Shown piece by piece: positions 22,526-31,663 of a stretch of DNA of 64,000 nt. The notes beneath the pieces were generated by a model. It ran no database searches, was not told where the DNA came from, and saw only the letters and a program-made list of their open reading frames with translations. Position numbers and translations under genes: made by a program. Source of the DNA: an uncultured Nitrospiraceae bacterium (GTDB lineage Bacteria > Nitrospirota > Thermodesulfovibrionia > Thermodesulfovibrionales > Dissulfurispiraceae); assembly GCA_963705105.1 (NCBI GenBank), contig CAVPIW010000014.1, forward strand, positions 224,001 to 288,000, read 5' to 3'. The stretch's first letter is position 1. The number at the start of each line of letters is the position of its first letter.

Positions 22526-23109
22526 GCGAAGCAAAGGGACCGCACACATTGTTCCGCCTTCTTAAGTCTGCCCGCGGCGGAGTCGACCTCGCCTCTGCCG
22601 GCCCTTTGCAGGCGCTGATGAAGAACATCCGCCAGGGAGGGCTTCTCGGGGGGGCGGTGCTGCTGCTGTTCCTGCTCGTCATCCCGCTCTTTTTCCTTGC
22701 CCGGTCTTCCACGAAGGATCTCGATGCGGCGAGGTCCAGATACCGCGAGATCGTCCAGGTGGGCGGCCAGTACCTGGACCTGCGGGACCGCTTCGACGCC
22801 GTGGAGAGGAGGAAGTCGGCCAAGAAGGCGGGCAGCGTGACCGAGGCGACGGACATGGTCCTCTCCCCCCTCGGGATAAAGGGCAAGATGAAGGCCCTGA
22901 AGGTGACGGGAAAGAAGGAAATCCGTGATGGTCACGAAGAGTCCGCCGAGGTCCGCTTCGAGAAGATGACCATGAACGAAGTCGTCAATGTCCTCTATGC
23001 CATTGACCATGCCCCCGTGACGGTCTCGGTGAAGCGGGTCACCATGAAGAAATCCTTTGAGAACCCCGACCTCCTCGACGTGACGATGACGCTGTCCCTG
23101 TTCCTCTGA
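22522..23109 (+). CDS. gspM: T2SS GspM-like
   Basis: Single TM, coiled coil, 'EESAEVRFEKMT..LLDVTM'; position in operon. Confidence 0.75.
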   Translation: MSEAKGPHTLFRLLKSARGGVDLASAGPLQALMKNIRQGGLLGGAVLLLFLLVIPLFFLARSSTKDLDAARSRYREIVQVGGQYLDLRDRFDAVERRKSAKKAGSVTEATDMVLSPLGIKGKMKALKVTGKKEIRDGHEESAEVRFEKMTMNEVVNVLYAIDHAPVTVSVKRVTMKKSFENPDLLDVTMTLSLFL

Positions 23110-23123
23110 TCCGGACCGGCCCG

Positions 23124-23951
23124 ATGAAAACGCTCGGTCTCGTGCTCGCATGCCTCGTTCTTCTCGCCATCGGCATCTGGATTATCGTCATTCCGGAAAG
23201 CCTCATCGTCGATGCAATCGAAGGCGCAGTCCCCGGAGAGGCTCTTTCCGTTCGCGTCGACGGTCTCGAAAAAGGTCTCTTCTATTCGGTCAAAGCCCGG
23301 CGGGTCATCATTCATGGGGCAATGGGGACGAAGCTGCCCGGTCAAAATATGTCCCCTCCGCCGTCAGACCCTCAGCCCCTGTTGACCTTCGAAGGGGTCT
23401 CCGGGTCGCTCGATTTCCCTTCCCTTGTCACCCTGACACCCCGTATCCACATCGAGGGCTCTCTCAACGGAGGGTCCGTCAGCGGCGTCACGGCGATCAG
23501 CGAAGGCGGACGCAGCGATATCGTCTTTCGTGACGTATCCCTCCGGGGGCTCGCCGCCCTGGAACTTTTCGGCATCAAGGGAGAGGGCGTCCTTTCCGGG
23601 AATATGCGGTACGGCGCCGGCGCCGGTGAGATCCAGATCACCATCGACAAGGCGAAGCTTAAGAGCACGACGTTGGGCGGTGTCTTCATCCCCCTCGAAT
23701 TCTTCAGCAGGATGCGGGGCGCCCTGACAACACGCGGCGGGAATACGGAGGTCAAATCCTTCACGCTCGAAGGGAAGGATGTCTTTGCGAGGATCACCGG
23801 CACGGCGGAGGGAAGGGACGTGAACATGAAGATGGAGCTCATGCCCGAGCCGGCCTTCACCGCCGAACCCCTGCTGATGACCCTCCTGGCACCCTATAAG
23901 GTATCGCCGGGGTACTACGTCATTCCTGTGAAGACGAAGCTCGCATTGTAG
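23124..23951 (+). CDS. gspN: T2SS GspN-like
   Basis: N-terminal TM anchor followed by a beta-rich periplasmic domain; last gene of the cluster. Confidence 0.7.
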   Translation: MKTLGLVLACLVLLAIGIWIIVIPESLIVDAIEGAVPGEALSVRVDGLEKGLFYSVKARRVIIHGAMGTKLPGQNMSPPPSDPQPLLTFEGVSGSLDFPSLVTLTPRIHIEGSLNGGSVSGVTAISEGGRSDIVFRDVSLRGLAALELFGIKGEGVLSGNMRYGAGAGEIQITIDKAKLKSTTLGGVFIPLEFFSRMRGALTTRGGNTEVKSFTLEGKDVFARITGTAEGRDVNMKMELMPEPAFTAEPLLMTLLAPYKVSPGYYVIPVKTKLAL

Positions 23952-24712
23952 ACCTTGCATGGGAAAGGAGGGACAAAGTGCCTCGGAGCCTTGCTGATCG
24001 GGACGTTGTCGCCGGGAAGGCAGATATGGGTCAAAGCCTTTCCAATGCGATGATAAGGGCCATTTTGGCAGATGTGCCGAAAGGCGGGGCAAAGCGCCTC
24101 AAAGCCTCGCTGATAGCGAGCATGATTGTTTACCTTTCTGTTGCAGGAAAAGGCGTGGCGAAGCGCCTCAAAGCCTTGCTGAAGGCGACGATACGCCTCT
24201 TCAGGTTTGAGTTTCAGGATTCTACTCTTTGTGTGATCGACCATTGGCTTGAAAGGTTGTCTTCTGTGAGGGTTACGGTGTCGCCGCAGCAAGGTTTTCG
24301 GCGCATTCACCCAACCCCGCCTTTCTCGGGAGTGTATTGCAACGATAAGGTTTATTATTGGTTGTTAAAGATTTCATCCTTTGTATCATCAACAGTCGTG
24401 CTTACAAACTCCCCACGGACGGCAGCGGTTTCGCAGCACCGATGCTTTTCGGCGCTTTGCCCCGCCATTCGGTTGAGCGTATGATGGAATACGTTCATCT
24501 CAGAGTGTTCAGTCTCTGTTGGCTTGCGGACTTTCGGTATCCATAGATACGGTAAAATGTGGTCTGGTGATAAACAAGGTATCTTAGCGGAAAGGCTTTT
24601 CACCACATCAGCCTTCCCGTCAGGGTGTTCGCGGTCCGGGTTCCGACTGTCGACTCCAATGACTTAATGACTTAATGACTTTTACGGTGGCGCCTTCGCC
24701 CCGCCTTTCCGC
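23951..24712. repeat. Nested stack of three MITE-like copies
   Basis: The long subtype is split at ~24060/24496 by an element with ends at 24079 and 24470, which itself contains a short-subtype copy at 24129-24354. Confidence 0.8.
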
Positions 24713-24734
24713 ACGGACGTTAGAAGGAGGTTAT

Positions 24735-25643
24735 GTGGAAGATACGTTCAGGCCGGGAACGCTCTGGCAGTCAATCGTTGTCGTGACGGAGCGGGCCCTC
24801 TCGACGGGCGCCCTCCTGTCCATTCCGACGGACTTCGATTTCATCGAAGACGGCGGCGTGCGTTTCCTCGTACGGGTGCTCTCGTCCCTGGAGAGGAAGG
24901 ACGCCGAAAGGAGAATGCAGCAGGCACAGACGGGTCCGTCGGGCAAGAAAGCGAACCCCTTCCTGCCCTATGAAAAAAATCTCTTCGTGGCCGATGTCTC
25001 CGAAACCCACGTTGCGCTGCTGAACAAGTTCAACGTTGTAGAGCACCACCTTTTGATCGTCACACGACACTTCGAGCACCAGGAGACACTCCTGACGCTG
25101 CGGGATTTCGAGGCCCTCTGGACCTGCATGGCCGAGTACCAGGCCCTCGGATTCTACAACGGCGGCGAGGCGGCAGGTGCAAGCCAGGAGCACAAGCACC
25201 TCCAGATGGTGCCGCTCCCCCTCGCTCCTGTGGGACCGGAGGTGCCGATTGACTCCCTGCTCACGGCGACAGCCTGGCGTGACGATATCGGGAGAGTCGA
25301 TGGATTCCCCTTTCTTCACGCTTTTGCACGCATCGGAAAAAGTCCGGCCACCCCTCCCGAAGACCTCGTGGCAAGGATCTTTGACCTCTATTGCCGCATG
25401 CTCGTGCGGACGGGATTGAAGGCGCCTCAGCCGGGAGTCTTGGAGCGGCAATCCGCGCCCTATTGCCTGCTCGTCACGCCTGAGTGGATGCTCCTTGTCC
25501 CTCGGTCACGGGAATTTTACGACGGCATCTCCGTCAACTCCCTCGGCTTTGCCGGCGCCCTGCTCGTCAGGAACAAAGAGCAAATGGACATGATGAGAGA
25601 GCGGGGACCGATGCATGTGTTGAAAAGCGTGGCTGTCGAATAA
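24735..25643 (+). CDS. ATP adenylyltransferase / Ap4A phosphorylase (Apa2-like)
   Basis: 'NPFLPYE', 'LNKF', 'FYNGG..AGASQEHKHLQ' (HxHxQ), 'VNSLGFAG'; AGGAGG before GTG 24735. Confidence 0.92.
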   Translation: MEDTFRPGTLWQSIVVVTERALSTGALLSIPTDFDFIEDGGVRFLVRVLSSLERKDAERRMQQAQTGPSGKKANPFLPYEKNLFVADVSETHVALLNKFNVVEHHLLIVTRHFEHQETLLTLRDFEALWTCMAEYQALGFYNGGEAAGASQEHKHLQMVPLPLAPVGPEVPIDSLLTATAWRDDIGRVDGFPFLHAFARIGKSPATPPEDLVARIFDLYCRMLVRTGLKAPQPGVLERQSAPYCLLVTPEWMLLVPRSREFYDGISVNSLGFAGALLVRNKEQMDMMRERGPMHVLKSVAVE

Positions 25644-25646
25644 AGA

Positions 25647-25947
25647 TCAGTGACAGTGTGAGTGACAGGGAAAGGCGGGGCGAAGCGCCTCAAAGCCTTG
25701 CTGAAGGCGACGATTGATCACTGTAGGGTCTGCTCCCCGAGCAGACCGCGTCATTAATGTCGGGCCGTTCGGGGAACGGCCCCTACACGATTTCATCCTT
25801 TGTGTCATCGACCATTGAAGTATAGTTCGTCTTTCGTTTTGATACAGGTGTCGCCGCATCAAGGTTTTCGGCGCATAGACCCCGCCTTCTCACGGACGGA
25901 GAAAATACTAATCCTTTCACTGACACTGGCACTCACACTGACACTGA
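25647..25947. repeat. MITE copy containing a GTAG-REP doublet (25722-25787), flanked by inverted hexamer repeats
   Basis: tgtagggtctgctccccgagcagacc...gggccgttcggggaacggcccctaca inside family ends; (agtgac)n versus (cactga)n flanks. Confidence 0.8.
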
Positions 25948-26134
25948 GGTTACGCTCCCTTGTATCCCGGGCAACCGTCGAATCCAGTGCAGCCGCCCTT
26001 CCTGAGCTTGCAGTCCCTGTTCAGGCAGGGTGTCAGCCGCCTGGCCCGTAAGCTGCCCGTCGATTTTTTCGATTTCGATTCCTTCTTCTTATTCATGAGC
26101 AGTCAAGAGTTGAAACCAGGCCACGAACGCCCAA

Positions 26135-26360
26135 ACGGGGAGGCTGATGTGGTGAAAAGCCTTTCCTCTAAGATACCTTATTCATCCCCAGACCACCCCT
26201 TGCCGTGTCTGTTGATACCGAAATCCCGCCAGGCAACAGGCGCTGAACACCTGGAGATGTCTCATCATCGCATTGGAAAGGCTTTGAACCATATCTGCCT
26301 CCCCGGAGGTGGCATAGATATGAGCAAGAAGTCGATGCGATTCCCCGTGCCTTTTCATGC
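26135..26360. repeat. Partial MITE-like copy (long subtype)
   Basis: Matches 19124-19344 (ggggaggctgatgtggtgaaaag...aaccatat). Confidence 0.85.
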
Positions 26361-26433
26361 GCTCCAAGCTTTCATTCTGTCCACCTTTGAGTTCAGCTGT
26401 GAAGATTCTATATCATACGTCTGAAGGGGCAGG

Positions 26434-26841
26434 ATGTTCAAAACCATTTTCAAAGAGTTCATCCCCATCATGATCATCAACATAATGATCATAGCGGGCA
26501 TCCTTGTTGTGAAGGGAGCACCGTCGCAGGTGCTTCCGGGTGTCGATGGCAGCGGGGGCATAGGCGCCTTTTCACCGCTACCGGAGGCCTTCTGGTTTTT
26601 CCCTGCCCTTGCCTGCGTCGTGTACATCGTTCTGACGGTCATCCAGTTTTTCCATGAGTCGCTCTTTGTACCAAAAACCGTCCTCATCGCCGTCATTGCA
26701 AACCTCCATGTGGCGATCATGCTTGTAAAGGCCGGCAGTGCGTCCTCCCATCTTGTCGCGATGCTCCCGTCGGCGGTCCTGCTTGCCGCATATGTCATAT
26801 GGCATCTTCTGCCGGTGAGACGGAAGAAGGTCTCTTCATGA
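26434..26841 (+). CDS. Hypothetical membrane protein (about four TM segments)
   Basis: Hydrophobic segments; stop overlaps the next ATG. Confidence 0.6.
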   Translation: MFKTIFKEFIPIMIINIMIIAGILVVKGAPSQVLPGVDGSGGIGAFSPLPEAFWFFPALACVVYIVLTVIQFFHESLFVPKTVLIAVIANLHVAIMLVKAGSASSHLVAMLPSAVLLAAYVIWHLLPVRRKKVSS

Positions 26842-28322
26842 GGAATCCGGGCGGCCCCATTCCTGATGCATTACGATGGGCCTGCGTACCGCGATGGTTT
26901 ACCGAGGACATTTTCACGAGCACTCTTATACAGGACGGGGCATCCTGCCGGGGGACCGATGCTTTTCAAGATGTGACTTCATCGGACTATTGCCGTCCCT
27001 ATGACGCCGTTCATGGCGCATACGAAATCATCCCCGAGATCAGGCGTGTCGTCAACGCGCAATCGGAGGCGAACCGCCGGGAACACTGGCACCGCCTTCA
27101 CGACGCCTTGAACGATTATCACGAAGCCAGGTCCGCATCTTCCGGGCCTTCCGCCTTCCTCCATCGCGTCGAGATGGTGTATCACTCTCTCTTCGTTGAC
27201 GAGGGCACGGGGATGGACCTGCTCGACGCCCTCTTTCTGGACAATCTGGAAGTCAATGACCTCGCCCGGTGCCAGGCTTTCGTTGAAGCGGGAAGGGATT
27301 GGGCCGCGGAATGCCTCCCGCAGGAAGGCAGTGCATGGCGCCTGCGCCTGTGTGAAGCTGAGCTGCGATGGGCTCAGCACCGCTGGCAGGAGGCCTACGA
27401 TCTCGCTCTTTCACTCGCAAAGCTGGACCTCCAGTCGTCAGTGAAAATCTCGCTGAGGATCCGGAAGGTCCTTTGCGGGGCCGGTATTCGCTGCAAAGCA
27501 GAGGAGGGGATCGTCAGGATGCTGAAACAGGAATTGCGTGGCCCTCCGGCTTGTGCCCCCGGATACAGGGCTGGTCTCCTGCGCCTCATGAGTGACGCCT
27601 GCATGAGCGACCTCCAGTGGAAGGAGGCGATGGCGTGCCTGGACGATGCGGCCATGGTCCTCAGGCCTGAAATGAAAAAATATGCGCGTGATCTCTGTGA
27701 AGTCCTGATGGCCGCGGCGCGCTACGCCCTTGCCGGTGAGGACGGCACGGGCGCGTGGAACCATCTCCGTGAGGCATCGTCTGTCGCCGCACAATGGGGA
27801 TCCATACCGCTCAGGGTGGACGTTGAACTGGCTCATGCACGTTTCTTCAGGGCAAGGCATGACTGGCAGGGCGCCCTCTGGCGTTGCCGGGAAGCGCTTC
27901 GGATGGCAGAATCATCCAAAGAGGACATCCTCGCGGCAAGGGTGCTCATGGAGTGCGCCCAGATAGCGAGGGATGAAGAGACGTGGAAGACCAGGAAGGC
28001 CGGTGTCCGTTCATTGGAACAAAGCACGCCTGATAATGCTTATGCCCCAGCCATCGGCTACTGCCGTGAGGCGTTGTCGATTTGCCGGGACTTGCAGAGG
28101 ACAGATTTGGAGGGAAGGGCGAGGGCTGAACTTGCCGCTCTCCTGTGGGAGCAGGGAAAGAGGACCGAGGCCGTTCAGGAAATGGGGCGTGCGCTGGAAC
28201 AATTCAACGCATTGGGCGCTTTGGCTGAGGTCGCCGCGGCGACGGAACTGCTGAACCGGTGGCTGATTGAAACAGGAGGTGATGGCGCCCTCCGGAATAA
28301 TCCGGCAGAAGGACAGGGATGA
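26838..28322 (+). CDS. TPR-like alpha-helical repeat protein
   Basis: Repeated 'A..C.REAL.I' and 'GRARAELAALLWEQGKRTEA' TPR-like helices. Confidence 0.65.
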   Translation: MRNPGGPIPDALRWACVPRWFTEDIFTSTLIQDGASCRGTDAFQDVTSSDYCRPYDAVHGAYEIIPEIRRVVNAQSEANRREHWHRLHDALNDYHEARSASSGPSAFLHRVEMVYHSLFVDEGTGMDLLDALFLDNLEVNDLARCQAFVEAGRDWAAECLPQEGSAWRLRLCEAELRWAQHRWQEAYDLALSLAKLDLQSSVKISLRIRKVLCGAGIRCKAEEGIVRMLKQELRGPPACAPGYRAGLLRLMSDACMSDLQWKEAMACLDDAAMVLRPEMKKYARDLCEVLMAAARYALAGEDGTGAWNHLREASSVAAQWGSIPLRVDVELAHARFFRARHDWQGALWRCREALRMAESSKEDILAARVLMECAQIARDEETWKTRKAGVRSLEQSTPDNAYAPAIGYCREALSICRDLQRTDLEGRARAELAALLWEQGKRTEAVQEMGRALEQFNALGALAEVAAATELLNRWLIETGGDGALRNNPAEGQG

Positions 28323-28421
28323 CTTCTTCGAGGATGAGATGATCGGGGCTGTTCGTCTCCGGCAGCGGCGAGAGTGCCGAAGGGATTGCGTTGTCAACGA
28401 AAATTATGGTATTTAGTATGT

Positions 28422-28844
28422 ATGCGCGCAAAGCACTTTCACTGGACGCTTAGACTGATCTGCCTGCTTTATGTTGTTTTCAGGGTCATTGTCCCTTACT
28501 CCCACTCTCATGCGGAAGATGCCCCGGCCGAAAAGGGCTTGATCAGGGCGGACAGCGGCACAGACCTGTTTCCCCTCTTTTCGGCAAGAGACTGCTGTGA
28601 GTTGCACGAGACGGGTCATGACGACGGCGATGACCATCACATCCATTTCTTTATAGAAGACAGGTATGCCGGCACACGATCTTTATCGGACAATACATCA
28701 TCAAAACTCAAGGCTTGCACTGCCGCTGACACCGTTCAATCGAACGGCGGCGTTCAATCGTGTTCAAATGTAGTCATTTCACCCGCCATACAACCCCGGA
28801 TGGCTTATCTGCGTGAGCACTCCGGGCTTGCCCCTCCCTGCTGA
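28422..28844 (+). CDS. His/Cys-rich exported leader protein (DUF2946/CzcI-like) upstream of the metal efflux operon
   Basis: N-terminal TM followed by 'HSH'; 'CCELHETGHDDGDDHHIH'; C-terminal 'GLAPPC'. Confidence 0.6.
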   Translation: MRAKHFHWTLRLICLLYVVFRVIVPYSHSHAEDAPAEKGLIRADSGTDLFPLFSARDCCELHETGHDDGDDHHIHFFIEDRYAGTRSLSDNTSSKLKACTAADTVQSNGGVQSCSNVVISPAIQPRMAYLREHSGLAPPC

Positions 28845-28919
28845 ATCAAATCGTCTCCTAAGCATATCTTCTGAACGGGAACGCCCGTCTCATACGCATT
28901 CAATACGGGAGGAATAATA

Positions 28920-30146
28920 ATGCACTTCGCGACGATCGTGCTCTTTCTGCTGATGTCGGCGTCCGGGGCACTTGCCGCCGCTTCATTAAGTCTGGAAGAT
29001 GCCGAGAAACTGTTCCTGGGAAATAGTCTGGCCGTCAAAGCGAAACGGATCGAGCTGCAAAAGACCGATGCCGACATTCTTGCAGCCAAAACGCTGTCTA
29101 ACCCTTCGCTGAATTACGAGCTGTCGGCTTTAAAGAGCGGGGAAAGAGAGAATGAGGAAACGTACTCCATCAGTCAAAGCATCGATATCGCTGGCAAGAG
29201 AGGCAAAAGGATCGATGCGGCCCTGAGGAACAAGGAAGCCCGTTTACTTCTTTCCGAACAGGAGATTGCAGAGCTTCTCCTGCAGATGAAGCAATCCTAT
29301 TACAGGGTTCTGCTCCTCAGGGAGAACGGGAAAGTCCTCGGCGAAATCTCCGCGATGTTCTCCGAGGTCGTAAGAACGACGGAAGAACGGGTTAAGGCCG
29401 GGGACGCCCCGGAGGCGGACCTCATGAAGCTCTCTTCAGAAGGGAGCAAAATCATGCGCGGTCTCGAGGCACTCAGAACGGACCTGAAGGTGGAAAGAAA
29501 GAAGCTTGGGGTTCTTCTGAATGTTGAGGAGAATGAATTTGATCCTGCAGGAGAGTTGCGTTATGTGCCCGTATCACTCAATGTGAAGGATCTGACCGAT
29601 CTTGCTCTCAGGGAAAAACCGGGCATCAGGGCGCAAAGCGCGACTGTCGAAGCGGCAAAGGCGTCGCTTTCCTCCGTTGAACGCGATGCTCTGCCGTCCG
29701 TCGATTTGGAGGCAGGATACAAGAGACGAACGGGCGGCTTTACCGGCGTTGTCGTAGGCGTCTCCGTTCCAGTCCCCATTTTTGACAGGAACCAGGGCGG
29801 GATTGCCCGCACCTCGGCCGAGCTCGAGCGTGCAAAGGTAGAACTCGATGCCGTCAATAAAGTCACAAAGTACGAAGTGACTGCTCTTCTCGAACGGATT
29901 GCGTCGTTTCAGCGAAGGATAACCGATTTACTGCAGCATCTTGAGACATCAGGGATGCTGACGAAGATAGCCGCCATCGCCTATGAAGAGGGCGAGACCA
30001 GCCTGCTGAGCCTGCTCGATGCGGTGCGGTCCGAGAAAGATCTGATAATCGAATACAACGGCACTGTGTATGAGTATTGGACAACGCTCTTTGAGCTCGA
30101 GAAGACAGTGGGCGTAAAGGTGATACAAATGGGAGGCACGAAGTGA
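28920..30146 (+). CDS. TolC/CzcC-family outer-membrane efflux protein
   Basis: Signal peptide; 'NPSL', 'VPVPIFDRNQG', 'AYEEGETSLLSLLDA'. Confidence 0.9.
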   Translation: MHFATIVLFLLMSASGALAAASLSLEDAEKLFLGNSLAVKAKRIELQKTDADILAAKTLSNPSLNYELSALKSGERENEETYSISQSIDIAGKRGKRIDAALRNKEARLLLSEQEIAELLLQMKQSYYRVLLLRENGKVLGEISAMFSEVVRTTEERVKAGDAPEADLMKLSSEGSKIMRGLEALRTDLKVERKKLGVLLNVEENEFDPAGELRYVPVSLNVKDLTDLALREKPGIRAQSATVEAAKASLSSVERDALPSVDLEAGYKRRTGGFTGVVVGVSVPVPIFDRNQGGIARTSAELERAKVELDAVNKVTKYEVTALLERIASFQRRITDLLQHLETSGMLTKIAAIAYEEGETSLLSLLDAVRSEKDLIIEYNGTVYEYWTTLFELEKTVGVKVIQMGGTK

Positions 30147-31648
30147 GAAATATAGGAATAGTATTTGTAATCGTTCTGCTTTTGGGAGGGTGCGCCCCCA
30201 AACAAACGGAGCAGGCAGCGCACGAGGAAGAGTCTGTCAGGAGGACCGTGTGGACCTCAAAAACGGAGCTCTTCATGGAATACGACGAACCGGTTGCCGG
30301 GAAGAAGTCCGGCTTCCTCGTCCATTTGACCGATCTCTCTGGTTTCAAGCCCGTTACCGAAGGGCGACTGACGCTCACTTTCGTTCCCAAGTCGGGAGAG
30401 CCTCTTGCCGTAATGATTGAGAAACCGGACAGGCCGGGCATCTTCAAAACTGAGGTCGCTTTCAAGGAGCAGGGAAACTACGACATGACGGTTTCACTCC
30501 AGGGCAGGGCCCTTTCAGACGTGATTTCCGTCGGCGCCGTTGATGTGCACGGCGGAGACAAGAAGCCCGCACATCATGGAGATACAGGCGGGGGAGACAT
30601 CTCTTTTCTCAAGGAGCAGCAGTGGACAATCGATTTTATGGTCGGGCTTCCGCTGCGGCGGGATGTCTCTTCCTCCTTTGTCGCGGCGGGGGAGATCGTT
30701 CCTGCCGCAAACGCAGAAGCAACATTATCAGCGCCCCTCGCAGGGGTGGTGTCTCTTTCCCAGAGGCTCCCATACGCCGGGAAAAGGCTCAAGGCAGGGG
30801 AGGTGGTTGCCGTAATCGAGCCTCCGATCAACCAGCAGGGCGGCATCGGCCAGTTGTCGGCGTCATATGCGGAAGCAAAGAACAGGGTGACTCTTGCACA
30901 GAAGGAGTACGATAGGGCGAAACGGCTCTATGAAGCGAAGGCGGTGCCTAAAAGAAGACTCGAGGATGCCGAACTCGGCCTTGAAAGCGCAAAGGCGGCT
31001 TTTGAACCGCTGGACAGGGCGGTTCAGGAGATGAAGCCCGGCGCCTCCGGGAACAAGGTCATTATCAGGGCGCCTTTCGGCGGTACCGTCGTGGAACTGC
31101 TGACCGCAAACGGCAAGGCCGTCGATGCCGGTCAGCCGATTCTGAGGCTTATTGACACGTCGTCGGTCTGGCTCAGGGCGAACGTGCCAGCGAGCGAAAT
31201 CGGCGGCATCAAGAACCTCGAGAAAGCGACTTTCACAGTTGCCGGCAACGGAGGCACATTTAAGCCTTCGCGCCTCATTACGGTGAGCGACGTGATCGAT
31301 GCCAGAACCAGGACGGTGCCCGTCACCTTTGAGGTGAACAACAGCGGGGGCAGACTCAAGATCGGCATGTTCGCCGACGTCTCCATAGAGACCGGGCATG
31401 TCGCAAATACCCGTACACTGCCTGAAGAGGCGCTTTTTGAGGATGAAGGGAGAACTTTCGTCTTCGTTCAGAAGGAAGGAGAGTCCTTTGAGCGGCGGGA
31501 AGTGAAGACCGGTGTGCGCGGAAACGGCTTTGTGGCGATCATTTCGGGACTGCAGGAAGGAGAAAGGGTCGTGTTCAAAGGCGGTTACTACGTGAAGCTC
31601 GCGTCGCTCTCTTCAAGAACGGCTCAGGGCCACGGCCACGATCACTGA
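30143..31648 (+). CDS. RND periplasmic adaptor (CzcB/CusB-like lipoprotein)
   Basis: Lipobox 'LGGC'; 'IRAPFGG', 'DARTRT'; His tail 'GHGHDH'. Confidence 0.92.
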   Translation: MRNIGIVFVIVLLLGGCAPKQTEQAAHEEESVRRTVWTSKTELFMEYDEPVAGKKSGFLVHLTDLSGFKPVTEGRLTLTFVPKSGEPLAVMIEKPDRPGIFKTEVAFKEQGNYDMTVSLQGRALSDVISVGAVDVHGGDKKPAHHGDTGGGDISFLKEQQWTIDFMVGLPLRRDVSSSFVAAGEIVPAANAEATLSAPLAGVVSLSQRLPYAGKRLKAGEVVAVIEPPINQQGGIGQLSASYAEAKNRVTLAQKEYDRAKRLYEAKAVPKRRLEDAELGLESAKAAFEPLDRAVQEMKPGASGNKVIIRAPFGGTVVELLTANGKAVDAGQPILRLIDTSSVWLRANVPASEIGGIKNLEKATFTVAGNGGTFKPSRLITVSDVIDARTRTVPVTFEVNNSGGRLKIGMFADVSIETGHVANTRTLPEEALFEDEGRTFVFVQKEGESFERREVKTGVRGNGFVAIISGLQEGERVVFKGGYYVKLASLSSRTAQGHGHDH

Positions 31649-31663
31649 GCCAAGGAGACGGTC

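Noticed and set aside
22531..22609. Palindrome in the 5' end of gspM (gcaaaggg...ccctttgc)
   Set aside because: Single short inverted repeat with no second copy here; not enough to call an element.
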